64,000 nucleotides of DNA from Vairimorpha necatrix (taxonomy: Eukaryota), in assembly GCA_036630325.1 (NCBI GenBank), contig CP142728.1:496001-560000 (forward strand), read 5' to 3'. Within the stretch, counting starts at the first letter, position 1. Each line of letters begins with the position of its first letter. Below, in pieces: positions 35,301 through 45,462 of this stretch. The notes under the pieces were generated by a model. The model was not told where the DNA came from, made no database searches, and saw nothing but the letters and a program-made list of their open reading frames with translations. The position numbers were made by a program, and so were the translations under genes.

Positions 35301-36651
35301 CTCTTTGAATGAAAACCAGAGAAATGCCTTTGATATAATTACAGATAATATAGATAAAAGAGGCAATTTATTCTTTTTAGATGGACCAGCTGGATCAGGA
35401 AAGACATATTTATATAATGTCCTGATCGAGTATCTAAGTAAGAGTAAAAAATCTTCAATACAGATGGCAACCACAGGTATTGCTGCAGATTTATTAAAGG
35501 ATGGAAGAACAATGCATAGTTGTATAAAACTTCCTGTTCCTTTGACAGAGACCAGCGTATCTAGACTAAAGCAAAATACTCCAGAAGCAGAGAGAATAAT
35601 AAAGGCCTCATTATTGCTGATAGATGAAGTTTCGATGATGTCAAAACATGCATTGGACGCAATAGATGAGGTGCTTAAAAGACTCTGTAATAATAATGAT
35701 ATCTTTGGAGGGAAGACCTTATTGTTGGGTGGTGACTTTAGACAGACATCAACCATTGTAATGAAGGGTACTCCAAATGATATCATCGAGAACTCATTAA
35801 TTAGTTCAAGACTTTGGGTACATGTCTGTGTACTAAAGCTTGAAACGAACATGAGATCTTATAATCAATTGGAGTTTAATAAGTGGTTGTTAGATATAGG
35901 TGAGGGGCGTACTAGAGATAGTAAAGGATGTGTGGAGATACCCAAAGAATATCTTGAAGAAGGGGACATAGTCGATAGCATTTTTGGAACAAACAAAATT
36001 GAAGCAGGTGATGATTCTTTGTTTGATAAGATTATCTTAACGAGCAAAAATGAACATGCAAATGAATTGAATGCCAAAGTGTTAAACCTTCTCAAAGGAC
36101 CTTCGAGGGTATATGTGAGTTCTGATGCTATAGAATCAGAGGATATCGAAGAACAACTTAGATTTCCTCTTGAGTTCTTGAACATGCAACAGCCATCAGG
36201 ACTTCCTCCACATAAGTTAGTATTGAAGATAGGGGCAATAGTGATGTTGTTACGCAATATTGATCCTAAGAATGGATTATTAAATGGGACCAGATTGAAA
36301 ATAAAAGGTCTTAAAGATAATTACATCTTAGGTGAAATAATAACAGGAAGGGGAAGGGGCACCCTTGCTGTTATACCAAAGATAGACATGATGCCAAGTG
36401 ACACTCTTCTTCCGTTTGTACTTAAAAGAAGACAGTTTCCTGCGGTATTGTCATATGCGATGACAATACATAAAGCACAGGGACAGTCTTTTGACAAAGT
36501 GGGAGTGTATTTGCCTGAGGATGTATTTTCTCATGGTCAATTATACGTAGCTTTGTCAAGAGTGAAGAAGAGTGAAAACTTGAGAGTCAAGTTGGGGGGA
36601 AACAGGGGCAATGTCAAAAATGTAGTTCTACGTGAACTAATTGGCCCATAA
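32347..36651 (+). CDS. Helitron Rep/PIF1 helicase transposase (1434 aa from the first ATG)
   Basis: Starts CCCCCATTATG. Rep motifs FITMTCNP, EFQKRGLPHAH and KYIFKYIYKG. SF1 helicase motifs GPAGSGKT, DEVSM, GDFRQ, TIHKAQGQS and HGQLYVALSRV. Confidence 0.96.
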   Translation: MFTKNQTNCDFSEQPKATITISQEISYNTENDNVIFYGANASVHNTKNKKTNVGETKKRNFIFSFSGENKIPSNPTNNTEKTARLTDNTNMETLTEILDIACRISTRNHAEHYCGDLKEECGFCGALHFAGEASSNGLYKSCCHFGKVKLQRTRDFPDDIKNLFIGKDKNAKNFKENIRSYNAALSFASLGAQIETVFNGPYVFKIHGQVYHNTYNINNMESNTPKKYAQLYVVDSDMANSQRMQNPSNRNCDINIMSKLDGFIRSANPYSNAYKNMSEIIKEQKEMGKEVKDISMVFNKNLERDQRRYNAPSTSEIAMIFTDPNGEPPFERDIKVYSKGFNSDNLHLDIVSPHLDPMTYTLFYPHGEAGWNANLRLKSYLGEAQKISLLQYKVAQISIRKDSFNPLLYGGKLFQQWIVDSYLQVEANNLNFIKLNQKKLRVDLYKGLVDYVNNGSESSAKPVILPSSFQGSPRNMRERYHDAMSIVRNFGKPDLFITMTCNPKWKEINENLFEGQTAVDRPDLVAKVFNLKLKSMMEEILAGRVFGEVVAHLYSIEFQKRGLPHAHILIMLKDKIRDENMIDKFVSAEIPSPMENEVLHTCVTKHMIHGPCGLSNLTSPCMENGLCTKEYPKEHNTETRINKDGYPEYRRSRGAEYNVRGNIVTNANVVPYNAYLLEKYNCHINVEVCTSIKSVKYIFKYIYKGFDCAEMRITDNNEIDHFVNSRYVSAPEATWRLMEYKMHGRSHKIHRLPVHLPQEQLITFEEGREEEAVRLSDLRQTPLLAYFKLNEVDEGAHRFSYSEIPYHYTYKRGEWIRRKNKYSKIITRLYSVSPIEKERFSLRVLLINVKGVKSYEDLRTVNGVVYSSFAEAVEERGLLQDDKEWERALDEAVSTESPSIIRALFGYICAFNKPKNTKELFEKYLGDMSEDLDQNSRDEILSRLKDIVNAHGWSLNALGLDEPINYIKNERAVFDNEQDLDQMISSLNENQRNAFDIITDNIDKRGNLFFLDGPAGSGKTYLYNVLIEYLSKSKKSSIQMATTGIAADLLKDGRTMHSCIKLPVPLTETSVSRLKQNTPEAERIIKASLLLIDEVSMMSKHALDAIDEVLKRLCNNNDIFGGKTLLLGGDFRQTSTIVMKGTPNDIIENSLISSRLWVHVCVLKLETNMRSYNQLEFNKWLLDIGEGRTRDSKGCVEIPKEYLEEGDIVDSIFGTNKIEAGDDSLFDKIILTSKNEHANELNAKVLNLLKGPSRVYVSSDAIESEDIEEQLRFPLEFLNMQQPSGLPPHKLVLKIGAIVMLLRNIDPKNGLLNGTRLKIKGLKDNYILGEIITGRGRGTLAVIPKIDMMPSDTLLPFVLKRRQFPAVLSYAMTIHKAQGQSFDKVGVYLPEDVFSHGQLYVALSRVKKSENLRVKLGGNRGNVKNVVLRELIGP

Positions 36652-36667
36652 GAGCCAAGAGATGAAG

Positions 36668-36771
36668 AAATGCGCCGTGAGCGTACAAGCACTATGCCAT
36701 TTTTCTTCCAATAAGGATGAGATAAAAGATGATAAAATGCGCCGTGAGCGTACAAAAACTATGCCATTTTT
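36668..36771. repeat. Two-copy ~37-bp direct repeat in the Helitron 3' region
   Basis: AAATGCGCCGTGAGCGTACAA(GC/AA)ACTATGCCATTTTT at 36668 and 36735. Confidence 0.85.
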
Positions 36772-36860
36772 TTAAAGAATAAATATAATGTGATAAAATT
36801 AAAACATGTACCCATGCAAACACAAACAACCCGTTCTCAGAACGGGTGTGCATACGCTAG

Positions 36861-37382
36861 TCATATATATAAAAGAATTTTATTTAATTTTTTACCCCTC
36901 TTTTTTGTGACTTTGGAATTTCTAAACTATATATATTAGGCTTTCTATGTTATTTAAATAGCATATTTAGATTAGATGTTACAATTTGATAATTTTAAGT
37001 GTGTATACTATATATTAATGCATTTTTATTTTTTTTATTATTTTTTTAAAACTCAGTTCCAAAATATCGTCAGAATCGTTTTTTAGAATTTATTTAACCC
37101 TTCTACGAAAAATTGTAAAAATAATTGCCAAATAAAGATTTTGAATATAAGTGTCAAAAATTGAGCTTATAAGTCCCCAAAATTATTTCAATATGACTCA
37201 TAAGTGTTTTTAACTCAACTTTACTCCTTATATGTTACTAAAAAGTATTTTCGAAAAAGATGTCTTCATCCTGTCAAATTCAATCATCCCAAAATGGAAA
37301 CTTAAAAAAATTAAAAGAGGAAATACATATTTAAAAACTAAACATCTTCATCCCGTTTTTAAAACGGGAAAGCATACGCTAG
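36861..37382 (+). mobile_element. Non-autonomous Helitron unit 1 (522 bp)
   Basis: First 39 nt identical to the autonomous 5' end. Hairpin TCCCGTTTTTAAAACGGGA. Ends GCATACGCTAG. Confidence 0.9.
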
Positions 37383-37903
37383 TCATATATATAAAAGAAT
37401 TTTATTTAATTTTTTACCCCTCTTTTTTTGTCAATTTGAAATTTCCACACTATATATTCTAGGCTTTCTATGTTATTTAAATATAAAATATAGATTTATT
37501 GCTTTAATTTGATTATTCTAAGTGTGTATATTATTAGTTAATACTTTTTAATTTTTATTATTATTTTTGTAAAACTTAGTTCCAAAATATCGTCAGAATC
37601 GTTTTTTAGAATTTATTTGACCCTTCTAGAAAAAATTCACAAAAACATTAACCAAAAAAAAAGTTGAATATAAGTGTCAAAAATTGAGCATAGAAGTTCC
37701 CAAAATTATCTCATTATAATTATTAAATGTTTATAGCTCAACTTTACTCCTTATAGGTTACTAAAAAGTATTTTTAAAAAACATTTTTTCTTATTTTAAA
37801 TTCATTATCTTAGAATGGAAACTTAACAAAATTTACCGAAGAGGGACATATCATGAAACAAAACATTTAGATCCCGTTTTCAAAACGGGAAAGCATACGC
37901 TAG
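37383..37903 (+). mobile_element. Non-autonomous Helitron unit 2 (521 bp)
   Basis: Diverged colinear copy of unit 1. Hairpin TCCCGTTTTCAAAACGGGA. Ends CTAG, followed by T. Confidence 0.9.
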
Positions 37904-38667
37904 TCAATAAATAAATTAAAATAATGTGGTTTTTTTCTGACAAACATTATTAGTCCTAAAATGATTTTTATACTAAATTTTATGAGGTGTGTGCGAGATA
38001 ATACGAATAAATACATAGTGAGTAATAATAATGAGATCAAAATAATAATTACCTATAATAACTCCTTCTCTAGCCAAAGTACAACAAAGTCTTGTGATAA
38101 ACATATTGAAAATATTCGACATACTAGAATTTCTTGTGATGCTATAGAATGATGCATTAAAATGAAATTTAAGGTAGAAAACAATACACAAAATATCCAA
38201 CTTATAATTTATGAGATAAAAAAGTATATATCCGCATGTGGAAATATAAGTTTGCAATTTATTGTCGTGATATCACTAAAATCAATTACAAAAAGTAAAT
38301 TGGTCAAATATATGAACAAAGACAAAAAATTGATGTACACATTACTAAATAACATATCCGAATAACACGAATAAAATGCACAAACCTATAATACTTATCT
38401 AAACAAAGGTCGACAAGAATAAAAGCAAAATTGAAGATTAAAAAGCATACAACGAGCTTTAGGACGTTTTTTTTTGATTTTAAAGAGCATTTTCGGCCTT
38501 TTCTATCGATTTATGAATCGAAAAAAATTTTTACTAATGAAAAAAATAGAAATTATAATATAAATGTAAATATTTTCTATGTTCAAGTATATATCAATTT
38601 TAGAGACATTGGGAAACCCCCGCTTTGCGTTATATAATCTTAAGTATATATTTATTGTGGCGCGCGA

Positions 38668-38977
38668 GCGTTGACCCCTAGGATTTCCAGCTTGTGCAAG
38701 CATTAAGCATTGATCCTCAATGAAACTTCATCCCGTGCAAGCATTGACCCCTAGTAAATGCAACACCGTGCAGGCGTTGGCCCTCAAGATTTACAACCCG
38801 TGCAGGCGTTGACCCCTAGGATTTACAACCCGTGCAGGCGTTAACCCCTAGGATTTGCATCCCGTGCAGGCGTTGACCCCTAGGATTTACAACCCGTGCA
38901 GGCGTTGTCCCCTAGGATTTACAACCCGTGCAGGCGTTGTCCCCTAGGATTCACAACACGTGCAGGCGTTGACCCCT
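38668..38977. repeat. Subterminal tandem array, ~10 x 32 bp
   Basis: Consensus GCGTTGACCCCTAGGATTTACAACCCGTGCAG; the first unit overlaps the left TIR. Confidence 0.92.
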
Positions 38978-39180
38978 CCTTTTGGAAAGCCCAGTCTAAG
39001 TTAAATCTTTTTTAAATAAATAAACGCACTTGTTTGGATTCAAACCTACGGACCATGTGAAAGAATCAAGCAAGCATACCACTCGACCATGGCATACTAG
39101 ATAAAACGAAATAAAAAATAAGAAAATACTTACATAATGACAATTGATAAATAAAAAGATTTTTTTTTATCCCCTTAAAA

Positions 39181-40479
39181 ATGATTCTTCCTCCCAGAAA
39201 TGCTAGTGAATACAGTAATTTAAAATTAGTTTTACTAGGCAGGGACAATGAAGTTGTTTTAGAAAAGCAACAAAAAAAACGGTTGAAACAAAAAGCTGGT
39301 AATTACCTTCTTATAGATGGGGCGCTATATTTAAGGGACGAGGCTAATGGGAACCACCTCAAGGTTTTTCATAGTGACCAGCTTGAGGCCATGGAAGTGG
39401 AATGTAGAGCTTTCCACCAGTTTCATCACAGGGGCGTTAACCTATTCGAAGCATCATGCAATAAGGTTTTTTTTAAAATTCCTAGGGACATTATAAGAAA
39501 AATCGTTTCCGAATGCATCACATGTGGACAATCACAACCGTTAAAAAATAAAGAGCGCCAAGTACATATTACGGCCTCTAAACCGATGGAACGAATTATG
39601 ATCGATTTAATAGATATTACACGCTATAAAAGGTTTAACGATGGGTATTGTTGGATTTTAACAATAATAGATGTGTATTCTAAGTTTGCCTGGGCCTTTC
39701 CATTGAAAAGTAAAACAGGTGATGAGGTTACAAAAAACCTTAAATTTTTATTTTACAATATGACTGGTCCGCCCAAGATCCTTCAAAGCGATAATGGAAA
39801 GTAATTCTGCAATTCCTATATAAAAACTTTTGTTCCGACCTTTTTATTGTTCGAAAACATAGTAGGCCCCGTCACCCACAATCAAACGGGCAAATAGAAA
39901 GGTTTAACCAAACTTTAACGCGAACAATACAAAAACATGTATTTGAAGAAAGCTTGTTAGCCGTTGACCATGCTAAAACCGAAGAAGAAAAGGAATGGCT
40001 TAAACATCTAGATAAAGTAGTTTACAACTACAATTTGGCCAAACATAGTGCGACAAAGCAGGTCCCGTTTAGTTTATTCTTAAAAATACCAGGATTTAAT
40101 TCTGTTTATACGCAAGATGAGATTGAGTCTATAGATGATAGCTTAAAAGAAATTGAAATGATACTCGAGACAAAAAATAAAAGAGATTTGTCGAATAGTG
40201 TTTTTAATGAGCAAACTGAAACTGGTTCAGTTGATCCAAATTACCTTGCAAGAATGGATCGTCATTCATTAGTTCATATCAAAATATACTTTTGAAATTG
40301 GTGACAAAGTCATTGTAGCTAAAGACTTTGATAATAATATCAAAACAAAAAAACTAAAATTATCTTCATTTTTTTCTAAAGAAGTTAAGATTATAGAAAT
40401 TCTCTCAAACAACAGAGTGAAATGTGAAACTGAAGAAGGAACTCAAATTTTCCCTATGTCGAGGCTTAAAAAACTTTAA
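39181..40479 (+). pseudogene. Ginger-like integrase/transposase, disrupted
   Basis: Starts CCCCTTAAAAATG. HHCC motif (H...HRG...CITC), MIDLID, IIDVYSKF, LQSDNGK*F (TAA in place of E) and RPRHPQSNGQIERFNQT. Frameshifts near 39830 and 40290. Confidence 0.88.
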
Positions 40480-41269
40480 TTAAAATTCAATTTTAAAATT
40501 TTTTTGTGTTCTTTTTATTTCTTATTTTTTTTACGTTTTTTTTTTTTGGGGTGGGGGTCAACGCTCGCGCGCCACATTTATTAAATGTAGAGTACAAACA
40601 TTTTCATTTCAATGAAGCATAAATTATTCTTCTGGCAAGAAAATCTGAGAAGCCGAAAAAAATTATAAAAACTTGAATCAGATATATAAATTGCGGTAAC
40701 CTAACTCTGCCTATTTTAATCAATTTGATGAAAATTCAACAAATGTTATTAAAATTTATTAGATTTTAGACATTTTTTGTTTTATTTAAAATAAATATTT
40801 AACATGAAAGGTATTTCCTACTAATAACATACTTTATTCAGAACCAAATACATTAAATTATTTTCAAATATTTTGAGAAAAAATCTAAAGTTTAATTCCG
40901 TGCTGTATATGTTTTTTTCTTGATAAAATATTTAGATAGGATCTACGATAAATTAATACAATTTTTGTGTATGATGATACATTTAGCATTTTTTTTATGA
41001 CCATCTTCCGCGGGGTTATTACTCATTAATTCGGCAATAAAAAAAAGCTATATAATATACATAAAACTCATATTATATATCTATAACAATAATCACAATT
41101 GTTCGTGGACAGAACAAGTCAAAGTAGATAAAATCCTCAATTAGTGTTTAGAAGATCTAAGAACACGCGTCTTATTGTATTAAAATGCCTTTTTATCATC
41201 TATATCTCACACATGCCAGTCTAAATCGAGAAATCTCAGGCATGATTAATATGTTTTGACTACACTTCC

Positions 41270-41570
41270 TTCTTGTTTATCGGCCAGTTGTTTTGATAGC
41301 TTATAAATATGAATCTTTCTAGCCCAAAAGTTCTACTTCAATTCATCTTCTGAGTTACTCGACGGACCTCATGCCAGAGAGGAACACTCAAAGGGGGAAC
41401 TTGCAAACTACCTACTTTAGATGAGTTCATATCCTTCGGAGGCTAAGTGAAATTTTGGATTTCTTACTTAGTTATCAAATTTAGAGTCAATCTCTTTTGT
41501 ATATATAATGCACAGCTTCATGGATCGACTAATGATCCTCTGATATATTTCACCACATTAAACTGATCAA
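41270..41570 (-). mobile_element. Old diverged relative of the tRNA-SINE (central part)
   Basis: GCACAGCTTCATGGATCGACTAATGATCCTCTGATATATTTTCACCAC aligns with ACACAAGTTTCATTGAATCAACTTAATGATTACCGTGGACATTTTCATCATC (12950-13001). Further colinear blocks on the left. Confidence 0.5.
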
Positions 41571-41836
41571 CCATTTTTTTTAAGAAAATATAACGCTTCT
41601 ATGAGTCGAATTGGAGCTAAATTATCAACATTAACCCTATCAACTATGAGTATATTTAAATTGTCATCTTTTCAATATATTTTTTTATGGATTTTTTTAC
41701 AAAAAATATTAACCAATTTTATGAAAGCAAATTTTTATAACATAATTAAAACAAACAAATTAGCTTGCGTTTTTAAAAAAATCACAAAATTTTTAATTGA
41801 AATACAAATTTATGAAAACATTGACCCCGAACTTAG

Positions 41837-42130
41837 ATGGATAGTAAAAAAAGATACAATGAAAAAAACATAACAAAAAACTTTCTAACTTCTAAAGATG
41901 GAATTTCTTTTTTATCAGAGCACATTAAAGATTCAAATAAAGGTGAAATTGATACTTGGGACAATTTAGAAAAAGAAATTGATAATATAATTGACTATTT
42001 TAGTGCTTGGTCTATTAAATTTCCTCTAAAAAGGGTAGACAAATGTTCTAAATATGAATTTATAAAATTCATAGAAGAGTGGTGTGATAAAAATGATATG
42101 CTTGAAGTATTTTCATATTTATATAAATAA
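41837..42130 (+). CDS. Small protein, probable Swi3/Csm3/Tipin replication-fork protection factor
   Basis: CCCC motif upstream. FLTSKDGISFL, EIDNIIDYFSAWSIKFP and EFIKFIEEW resemble the Swi3 domain pattern; recognised by eye only. Confidence 0.5.
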   Translation: MDSKKRYNEKNITKNFLTSKDGISFLSEHIKDSNKGEIDTWDNLEKEIDNIIDYFSAWSIKFPLKRVDKCSKYEFIKFIEEWCDKNDMLEVFSYLYK

Positions 42131-42226
42131 ACAAAACATTATTATTATTAATTTAGAAATCCAATTCTACAAATTTTACTAATATTAAAAAGACTCATTT
42201 AAAACTTCATTTCTTTTATACCCCAA

Positions 42227-43638
42227 ATGTTAAAGATCTTTAACTCTTTGACTAAAAAATTGGAAGAATTTAAACCACGAGATCCACACAATGTAAAAAT
42301 TTACATTTGTGGGCCAACTGTCTATGACCACAGTCACATTGGTCATGCCCGTACTTACGTGTCCTTTGATGTGATAAGAAACATTTTAGAAAAATATTAC
42401 AATTATAATGTGACATTTGTAATGAATATTACAGATATAGATGATAAAATAATCAATAAAAGTAAAGAAGACGGTGTTTCTATAAGTGAAATTACTACCA
42501 AATATACAAAACTGTTTTTAGACGATATGTCTCTACTTAATGTAAGAAGACCTACAGTCTTAACAAAAGTAACTGAATACATTGAAAAAATTAAAGAATA
42601 TGTTCAAGTCTTGGTAGACAACAAATACGCCTACGAAAGTAACGGGAGTATTTATTTTGATGTGAACGAATACAAGAAAAATTTTCAATATCCCATTTTT
42701 AGAGACGAGTCTGCTAATAATAGCGTCGACGAAAAAAATCTTGTAGATAAGAAATCTCATATGGATTTTGCCTTATGGAAAAAAGGAAGCGGGACAGATT
42801 TAAATGACGAAGGCAGACCAGGTTGGCATATCGAATGTAGTGTTATGTCTAATGATGTACTTGGCGATTTTATTGATATTCACGCGGGAGGCGTAGATTT
42901 AAAATTTCCACATCATGAAAATGAAATAGCGCAATGTCAAGCTCGGCATCAGAAAGAACCCTGGGTCGCGTATTTTATGCATACTGGTCATTTAAATATT
43001 AACGGTCTAAAAATGTCAAAATCTCTTAAAAATTTTACAACTATAAAATCAATTTTAGAAAGATGCACTCCGATTCAACTTAGAATTCTCTTTTTACATC
43101 ATCAGTGGAATAAAGATATGAACTACGAAGAGAGTCAATTAAAATTTGCAGAAAATGTAGAGAAAAAGTTATATAATTTTTTAATGTATGTAGAAAGTAG
43201 CACAGATACTACAAGTAAATACACCGAAATAGACAATGAGGTACTAAGTTTTATTAGTAAAACAAATAAAATAGTAGATGAATCTTTTTCTAATAACTTT
43301 GATACGCCGTCAGTCATAAGGCTTTATTAGAATTAGTTACATTTACGAATACAAGAAGCGGATTGATAAACATTTACACTCTTTATCAAGTTAGAGATTT
43401 CCTAAGGAGAATTATGGATATTTTAGGAATTAGTAAGAAAGAGAAAACTAGAGACGATGATAGTAAAAAGTTAGCCGAACTAATTAACAATTTCAGAAAT
43501 GATGTAAGAAAGGCAGCGAAAAACAATGAGAATAAAAAGAAATTATTCGAAATATGTGATGACGTGAGGGATAAACTAAAAGATATTGGATATATAATTG
43601 AGGATTGTAATTTAGAGTCAATGATTAAGAAATTATAA
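42227..43638 (+). CDS. CARS: Cysteine--tRNA ligase (one-base frameshift near 43319)
   Basis: CGPTVYDHSHIGHAR, GRPGWHIECS, DIHAGGVDLKFPHHENE and KMSKS. The anticodon-binding tail CDDVRDKL is in the second frame. Confidence 0.95.
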
Positions 43639-43787
43639 AATAAAATTTAAATAAATTTTTCATTTTTTTGCGAACATGCTCCTTTAAATAGACGAATTGT
43701 TTGGCTACGAAAATGTTTAAATCATTTTAGTTTTGAAAATTCGAAAATTTTACTAAATTAATTTCTTACAAATATAAGGCATGAACA

Positions 43788-44532
43788 GGTATCCTTAGCC
43801 CAGTGGTCGAGCGATGCTTCCATTGAGCAAAGGTGGGTTACAAAATTGTTTCTACTTTCTATGATGCATTAGAACAACTCAGATGATGAAAATGTTCACG
43901 ATAATCATTAAGTTGATTCAATGAAACTTGTGTGTGTCCGGCCGCAGGGAAATTAGCTTCTAGTGTATAAACACACCTCAAGTCCTAAAAACAGTACCAC
44001 TTTTGTGATGATTTAATTATACATTAAGTATCTAATTGGTACAGCCTAGTTGGGGCCCATGGCTGGTGCACTTTAGAGTGAGATCCTAGAGCTAACTAAG
44101 AGACTAGACGAAGTAGAGCAATAGAAGGTCTCGTCTACCCTATCCTAGAAGATTCTATAACACAGTGGCCGAAACTAGTGTGAGACTTGTGGTCAACTCA
44201 GTCCAATAAATGCCGAGCTGGTGATGTGGCGGAGTAAAAGCTGTGTGTACTATACAGATGATCATAGAGGCCTTTTTGCACTTATATTAATGTATCTCTC
44301 TGGTTTATAAAAACCATGCTCGTTTTGTATATCCGCCGTGAGGTCACTCTGGAAGTGATATGAGGTATAGACGTTAGTGGTCCCCGGGTGCCATATTTGT
44401 ATTATAAGACAAGTCTAAGGTGAGAATTTTTGTGATTTAAATCTTACATTAAAAATTGGATAAGGATTACACCCGAATCCTTTTTCCTTTAAATGTAAGA
44501 TTTCTTTCTGCTTCTTTCATGCAAGAAAAAAA
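43788..44532 (+). mobile_element. tRNA-derived SINE, degraded copy 3
   Basis: Colinear with 52266-53054 from the head to the GCAAGAAAAAAA tail. B-box partly deleted. No TSD recognisable. Confidence 0.85.
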
Positions 44533-45462
44533 TCTTCTCAACTAATGCACCGGCCAGGGCTGCTTATGATCCATTTAGATTATTTTGTCTTTTTTATACT
44601 CTGGGCTCAATATAAAAATGAAGGTTAGATGTATTGCCTTTGCAAATAAAAGCGCCATAGAAAATAGTCGGATTCAACTAAAAAAATAACGTGCACAACT
44701 TTCGTCATTTGGAATGATTAAACATATTTTGGAAGTATAGTCAAATTTGTGCTTGCCAGTCATAATACTCGGTTTGCTATGCATCCTCAGGATGCTTTCA
44801 ATTGATGAACAACGAAATCAATATATTGATGCGTTCTTTGTGTCTTACACAAAGCCGTTCTTTTCTCAATCATTATAAATCGTTATAAGCAAGACATCAC
44901 ATGATGTCTTGCTTATGGCAATCAGATCGATCTTAAAAATATTCTAATGTTAACCCCGACAGAATGCCGAGTTTTTTTACATGTTTCTTTTGTTTAACAT
45001 ACGATAATGTTCTATCGTCATTTTTTATGCTTTACCGTGCCATGAAAAAACTTTACGTTTTTGTTTAAGTAGGGCAAATGTTTCTATTGATCTTGGTGAC
45101 ATTTCGTGCCCCTTTTTAAGATGTTATATTCATATTCTATATTTTCAACTATAATTACATTACCATACATGTTAACTATAAATTTTGAAATCTAAATTGA
45201 CTCGGTGTTGATCTGCTTGGCCTTAACAAACTTAAGCTTAAATACTGTTAGTTCAAAAAGAAACCAATAAAAATACTCTTTGTTGCGCCCTTGGTTATAT
45301 GTCCACGGCAATAATAATATTCTACTTATCATCTTTGCGATTATTACATTTCTTTACGCATTATTTTTGCCTTTCTAAGTTTTTTCTAAATTTTGAATTC
45401 TAGCCGTAATTTCTTTGTTTATGCAGAAATAATTTTTAAAAATTTATAAAATGACTGCCCAT

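Larger units (their letters stand above)
31730..36860 (+). mobile_element. Autonomous Helitron (5131 bp)
   Basis: 5' TC follows an A. 3' hairpin ACCCGTTCT-C-AGAACGGGT (36829-36847), then terminal CTAG. Intact RepHel ORF. No TSD. Confidence 0.93.
38656..40576 (+). mobile_element. Ginger2/TDD-like integrase DNA transposon (1921 bp)
   Basis: 23-bp TIR TGTGGCGCGCGAGCGTTGACCCC. 5-bp TSD TTTAT. Encodes a retroviral-type integrase but no RT or LTR. Confidence 0.88.

Noticed and set aside
35289-36257. Long antisense ORFs (also 628-1071, 15203-16743, 51432-51875)
   Set aside because: They are shadows of purine-rich sense ORFs and show no motifs.
38668-38977. CRISPR-like regular repeats next to an integrase
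   Set aside because: The units are contiguous with no unique spacers, there are no cas genes, and the array lies inside TIRs with a TSD.
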